A DNA stretch of 64,000 nt from positions 491,312-555,311 of the forward strand of contig CAZGQO010000001.1 of assembly GCA_964527925.1 (NCBI GenBank), in the 5' to 3' direction. Source of the DNA: an uncultured Ignavibacteriaceae bacterium. Its GTDB lineage: Bacteria > Bacteroidota > Ignavibacteria > Ch128b. The notes under the pieces are model-generated. The model worked only from the letters and a program-made list of their open reading frames with translations, searched no databases and was not told the origin of the DNA. The position numbers and the translations under genes are program-made. This document shows positions 60,101 to 64,000 of this stretch, one piece after another (the first letter of the stretch is position 1; the number at the start of each line of letters is the position of its first letter).

Positions 60101-63100
60101 TTTGTACCGTGATAGTAAAGTTTCATTTCGCTGTAATTAAAAACATCCATCGGTCGATAAAGAACTTTAAGAGCAAATGTTGATTCTTGGTATCTTAGAT
60201 TATGGATTCCAAGAGCCAATGATTGTTCATTCTTGTAAATTTTTTCTGTTCCAGTGGTTTGTTGAGTGCGGTCAAGTTCTCGTCCAACATCAGGAGGACT
60301 ATAGTAATAAGGTGAATTATCTTCAATGTTAACAACTGAGAGACTTATGCGCTGGTCATCTTTGATTGCCTTACGCCATTGATTACCAACAAGATTAAAC
60401 TCCGCTATTCGAATATGAAGTGAATCTGATATTCCAGTAAACCATACTCTAATCATATCGATGTTAGTAAAACTTGGTTCACCAATTTTCTTTTTGAAGT
60501 CGTTCAGTGGAATTCTGAACTGATACCATCTTGTCTCAACTCCACCGCCAACTATATATTCATTTGTTGCATAACTTGTATCAAGTGGAATTTCATATTG
60601 AAAGTACGAATTCACAAGGTCAAGAACGCCATTTCGATTTAAATCCTCAGTATCGGGGAATCGACCAGCTTCTGTCAAAGAAGCATTGCCTTCTGTTCCA
60701 TTAATTCCAGAATAAACACCAGAACCCAGATTGAAATAAAAGTCATCACCACTTGGATCATCACCAAGACTTGGATAAAGTTGTCTTTCAACATCGTTAG
60801 GTATTCCATCCAGACCAACATCTTCGCCCTGATCAATAAGTTCGTTTAAATTTTTATCTTCTGTATCAAGCTTCTTATTTGGAATTACATCTTCAGAAAT
60901 TTTTCCAAGATCGATATAAAGTTTTGCATTTTGAGGAATTTTTTCAGGCAGTAACCAGAATTCTATGAATTCAATATTTTGATCTAGGAAATTACTGGCT
61001 GTTGAGGATAATAACTTCATCATACCACCCCAATTCAAGTCGGTGAACTCAAGTTCAGGCTGATAATTGAATTCACCCCTTGTAAATGGCGAGTAAACCA
61101 CATCAAGAACTGTAACCTGTTCATTTCCTCTTGCGACAGTTTTCTTTGGCCAGATTTGTTGTACATAAACATCACTCGGAAGTCTGTTAAACCAGTATGT
61201 CTTTGCTTTCTTTTTCATTATCACTGTATCAATATCAGAAGTTGGATATCCTCGAGGTGGTGATGCACTTTTCCAGGCTGTATAATTTACACCAATTGAC
61301 ATTATTTGTTTTGATCCTTCAAAGTCATCAATATAAGCAACGCTTTTACCTTGATCACTTGCAATTGTACTTTTCTTTGTATTTGGATCTGGATTGATAT
61401 AAGCTGCTTCTCCTTTAATTGAAAGATTAGACATTTCTTTTGTTGAAATGAAATTATTCAAGAAATTAGTGATAAAAGGTAATTCAATTTGAGTTTGTCC
61501 ATCAATACCATAAATAGTGTTCAGGATCGGCTCCTCTCCAACTCTCACTTTGTCAGATAAAGTTTGTTGATTCAAAGTGAGCATTGAAAAACCAAGTTTG
61601 GTTTTTGGATTAATATCCAGTTCGCCTCTTAAACCAAACAAAGACTTTGCGGCAAGCTGAAAGAGAGTATTTTCTTCGTATGAAATTCGGAGATCAGCAT
61701 TTGGAAGAAGTGCCTGTTCGTTTCGAATGATGAGTTGGCCTGTGTTGTAATCAACAATGTAATCTACATTTGGAATTAATTCTCTTCCACCAAGTCTGAC
61801 TTTCACACTACCTTCAACGATATTAAATCCTAAATTAAATGTTGAAGATGAACTTCCAGAAGATTTTCCAGTAATCACAAACTTATCACGAGCACTGTTT
61901 AATCTGGCAATACTTTGAAGAGTATCATAAACATCAATATACATTAATGAGTCAGGTAATAATGCAGGTAAATTCCTTCCAAAAGGTTGAAGGACAGGAA
62001 AAATAATTTCACCAGTTTCTGGATTAATTGTTATGCTTGTTCTGAAATCAAATTTTCCATCGGGTCTTGGATTATTAGAGTCATCGTATAAATCAAGTCC
62101 AAACGCATTTAAGAATTTAATTCCATTCCAATCATTTCGAGGTTCCTGACCAGGGATTTCGTAAAGAATATCTAATTCAAAACCTTCTCTTTTAACATTT
62201 CTTACTCCAAGTGGATAGATATTTCTGAGTTGTAATTTCCAGGCAGTTTTGTATTGAGGTTGAAGATTTGCTGGTTTGATTAATTTTAAGATTAATGTGA
62301 CAGTATCTGGTTTATCAGCAACAAATTCACCATAGAAGATATCATTATCATTACCGGGAGGACCTTCAATTCTGTAAGCGACAGCAATTGCATCTGTTTC
62401 GTTTATTTGAGTTTTGAATGTGATATAACCTGTTTCCCAGTGAACTATGTATTCCGATGGATCTAACTTGATAAATCTTCCGACTTCAATTTCACCTGGA
62501 ACTGCATCAATATTTGCACGGAGGTTTTCTGGATAATTTTCCGTTCGTGATCTTGGATTTAATCTAATATATGCGTTGGCTCTTCTTTCTTTTGGATCCG
62601 GCAAACCTGTTTTCGTCTTCCATACTTCAATATCTTTAATTTTATAGAAATTAACCACATCATCTGAAATTGGTGTTGGATATCCATAGTATTTATAAAA
62701 TAAATTCAAATCAGCTGAGGTATCTGCATAGACTGTATCTACGAAATAATGATTAGTTGAGTACTCATAAACTCTTTTCTTAAATGTCTGAGCTTCAGCA
62801 CCACCGGATAGAACTTTTTCTTTCACTTCACCTTTTTTCTGACTTGCAAGCGCAGTCAGCCATAATGGTCCAAGTTGAAAACTTGCTTTTACACCGAACA
62901 ATGCTTCACCACCACCAACAAGCGGGGAGGTTTGAAGCGAAACATTTCCGGCTTCAACACTTTGAACAATTTCATCAGGATAGCCCGTGTATTTTATTTT
63001 GAGTTGATTTTCGTATTCGAAAGTATTTTGAGTATTCCAGTCGGCAAGTATTGTGAGTTTATCACCAATTGTTCCACTTATATTAATCTGAACATCCTGT

Positions 63101-63933
63101 TTGAAATTTGGTTCGTTTCTTACATTACCAAGCAAAGATGCAGTCACACCTTCAGTTTTTTCATTTCGCCAGCTTCCATCGATTGTAACAGCACCGTTGA
63201 TACGCAGGTTAATTTTTGGAGGACCGAAAATGCTTAAAACTGGATTTGAAGGAATTGGAATATCAATGTTTGTGATTTGAGCAAAAATATCTCCAAGTTC
63301 TTTTTTCTCAAGTTTAACATCATACTTGTAAGCTAGTTCTTCCCAGTTTTTACGATTTACATAAGCGAGTCTTAGATTAATGTATTGTTCAATTGGAATA
63401 GTCGCACGAACTTTCCACTCTTTTCCATCGATTGTTTCTTTAATGATTACAAACTTGCCAGTTGAATCCAGTGAAACACTTCTGCTAACAAGGGCATCAG
63501 GTACTTGCAGAAAGAATGGATTTTTTCTTTTTTCAAATAGATTTACATGAGGCAAATCTCTTCGTCGATATTGAAAATGTTTTAATCGTGCTGTGGAATC
63601 GATTGCTAATGAATCAATAATCAGTGATGAATCTATTACTAAAGATGTGTCTGTATTGGTTTGAAGGTTTAATTTCTGTTGATTGAGTTCAAAGTTCTCT
63701 TCATCAAATTCAATTTTCTGATCATTAGTATCTGCTGAAATTTGTTCATCTGATAATTTCTTATCACCAAAATCTCCATGAATGGCTTCATAAAAAATGT
63801 TTTCCAGATTCCGATGTTCAATTTGGATTTGATTAAAGCTTTTCTCACTCTCAATTTCAGGAATTATGCTTCCCAATGAGAATAAGCTTAAGAAGGTAAT
63901 GAGAAATATCTGTGATAATTTTTCAGCTTTCAT
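57145..63933 (-). CDS. sprA: T9SS outer-membrane translocon SprA
   Basis: 2262 aa with N-terminal signal. EAGNVSL, YIDDFEGS, WKSASPP, KTYWFN, TEDLNRNGVLD, WYQFRIPL, LWVNELRL. Beta-rich C-terminus ending INLTI. Confidence 0.9.
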   Translation of the reverse strand: MKAEKLSQIFLITFLSLFSLGSIIPEIESEKSFNQIQIEHRNLENIFYEAIHGDFGDKKLSDEQISADTNDQKIEFDEENFELNQQKLNLQTNTDTSLVIDSSLIIDSLAIDSTARLKHFQYRRRDLPHVNLFEKRKNPFFLQVPDALVSRSVSLDSTGKFVIIKETIDGKEWKVRATIPIEQYINLRLAYVNRKNWEELAYKYDVKLEKKELGDIFAQITNIDIPIPSNPVLSIFGPPKINLRINGAVTIDGSWRNEKTEGVTASLLGNVRNEPNFKQDVQINISGTIGDKLTILADWNTQNTFEYENQLKIKYTGYPDEIVQSVEAGNVSLQTSPLVGGGEALFGVKASFQLGPLWLTALASQKKGEVKEKVLSGGAEAQTFKKRVYEYSTNHYFVDTVYADTSADLNLFYKYYGYPTPISDDVVNFYKIKDIEVWKTKTGLPDPKERRANAYIRLNPRSRTENYPENLRANIDAVPGEIEVGRFIKLDPSEYIVHWETGYITFKTQINETDAIAVAYRIEGPPGNDNDIFYGEFVADKPDTVTLILKLIKPANLQPQYKTAWKLQLRNIYPLGVRNVKREGFELDILYEIPGQEPRNDWNGIKFLNAFGLDLYDDSNNPRPDGKFDFRTSITINPETGEIIFPVLQPFGRNLPALLPDSLMYIDVYDTLQSIARLNSARDKFVITGKSSGSSSSTFNLGFNIVEGSVKVRLGGRELIPNVDYIVDYNTGQLIIRNEQALLPNADLRISYEENTLFQLAAKSLFGLRGELDINPKTKLGFSMLTLNQQTLSDKVRVGEEPILNTIYGIDGQTQIELPFITNFLNNFISTKEMSNLSIKGEAAYINPDPNTKKSTIASDQGKSVAYIDDFEGSKQIMSIGVNYTAWKSASPPRGYPTSDIDTVIMKKKAKTYWFNRLPSDVYVQQIWPKKTVARGNEQVTVLDVVYSPFTRGEFNYQPELEFTDLNWGGMMKLLSSTASNFLDQNIEFIEFWLLPEKIPQNAKLYIDLGKISEDVIPNKKLDTEDKNLNELIDQGEDVGLDGIPNDVERQLYPSLGDDPSGDDFYFNLGSGVYSGINGTEGNASLTEAGRFPDTEDLNRNGVLDLVNSYFQYEIPLDTSYATNEYIVGGGVETRWYQFRIPLNDFKKKIGEPSFTNIDMIRVWFTGISDSLHIRIAEFNLVGNQWRKAIKDDQRISLSVVNIEDNSPYYYSPPDVGRELDRTQQTTGTEKIYKNEQSLALGIHNLRYQESTFALKVLYRPMDVFNYSEMKLYYHGTKDLTNGDIVVRFGVDSNNFYEYREPIREDWNNISIKFSDLTAIKQKRDSVTQIIKIPVKGAPDGAFYSIKGNPSLTTVQMFIIGVIHDRVSNPLDTTQTLSGELWVNELRLIGADDREGWAYNTSFALNFGDFIRLNFNYSKRNPFFHTLESRFGDRVLRTNWGFSGSIDFTKFLPSSMKGSALTLNYSRNEQIDKPLYLPNTDIVVDEAVEQTYSRLLEKGYDEQTARKVADDLRISAQSFSQNESWSLSSIKLVIPSDFFLAKHFWNNLGFGFNFNRRFARNPQLESQKDWQWNFVTQYSLMFSPGNFIQMTNVPVMGDLFEIISDLKNYRIYYSPSNIGMNLNVSRNRSTSIYRTTNRPNIQRDFRLTRGFQLGWRLTEGGFLNPSLNYSFDFGSSYAHLETIVDTIRTSSGRDSVVEYQRSDREIFRDIFGRELFGRDYSFNQRFEIRTQPRLPSFFNLNNFITLQLSYSVDYRWQNNFQQPELGRAASFANNITTGLSIRWKQIWDPLFKESTAPTKTPSVDPRSRTRIRDIPDDAKPSEYPGMIQQQTQTKDTTSQTTKPSSIKVLFSAIKSGVKWILFDYDNININFSQRNSSMNNGLAGRNSGITNFWNFFIPNKDENGPPRLYQLGLSYNPGRRARNGNLSDQITQNNSIDLRTSRPLWEGARIDLSWKINWSFNRTTAIQTDSLGNVKVTNMTASGTVDRSFLTLPPFLIFSFFKNDIKKVNELYNPNDPNPKENLANAFIEGFETFPILGKLPILKKFGKYIPRPNWSISWDGLEKYSIFSSFATRVSLQHSYQSSFARSWRLNPDGIEETQSQKITYGFQPLIGMNLTFKPWGGGNLGGQFKIGSTVSYDMGVQSKNITKTFSRDITFAVNYTRSGFEFPFLGISLKNDLNISLSYTQMKNSTVLYDMLNFKEEGIPQDGTIRTTIESRIRYVISSRFTIAIYYRRTQVEPEGASKIPPTTTNEAGININLTI

Positions 63934-64000
63934 TTAGAGTATCTTATCAAAATTATTTTTTAATATAAGAATTTGAACCGTAGAACTTACTCGATAAGAT

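Noticed and set aside
659-63854. Short ORF-track entries nested in or antisense to long genes (e.g. 659-874, 1808-1996, 11793-12035, 20912-21172, 32388-32657, 36208-36474, 48683-48961, 62875-63237, and off-frame 28102-28350, 28792-29079)
   Set aside because: They lie wholly within well-supported CDSs or the pseudogene, show no recognisable motifs, and are typical shadow ORFs.

Overview
AT-rich (roughly 30-33% GC by eye), gene-dense chromosomal DNA, most likely from an Ignavibacteriota/Chlorobi-related FCB bacterium. This taxonomy is an inference from sprA plus QNYPNPFN-type T9SS cargo tails and the overall gene set. I saw no tRNA, rRNA, CRISPR array, prophage, intact IS or recognisable defence system. 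From left to right the window holds: a truncated DUF6600-like secreted protein; a minus-strand surface-glycan locus (asnB-type amidotransferase, Wzx flippase, methyltransferase, heparinase II/III protein, PfkB kinase, RmlD, HAD-IIA, two GT4s, YfhO GT-C); a plus-strand block (dCMP deaminase, PgpH-like 7TM-HD, xerD, site-2 protease, msbA, WaaL-like ligase, DUF1844, nadK, thioredoxin-like); a ~3 kb broken T9SS cargo gene; a long minus-strand housekeeping/lipid A run (recG, gpsA, plsY, ispD, queA, ppdK, C26 hydrolase, lpxK, DUF374, lpxB, ICMT-like, HAD, T9SS cargo, smc, GH2-like, tpiA); a REP-like inverted-repeat cluster; a CHASE2 adenylate cyclase; trxA; and sprA. The best candidates for undescribed biology are all envelope-related. 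(1) An O-antigen ligase has an LVIVD beta-propeller inserted in its catalytic periplasmic loop and overlaps msbA. (2) An LmtA-like methyltransferase and an LpxJ-like acyltransferase flank lpxB/lpxK, suggesting Leptospira-type methylated lipid A. (3) A membrane-anchored GH2 protein upstream of smc appears to lack both catalytic glutamates. (4) A ~995-codon T9SS cargo frame is interrupted by four in-frame stops, three at apparent Tyr positions. All family assignments come from motif recognition by eye; no database search was run.
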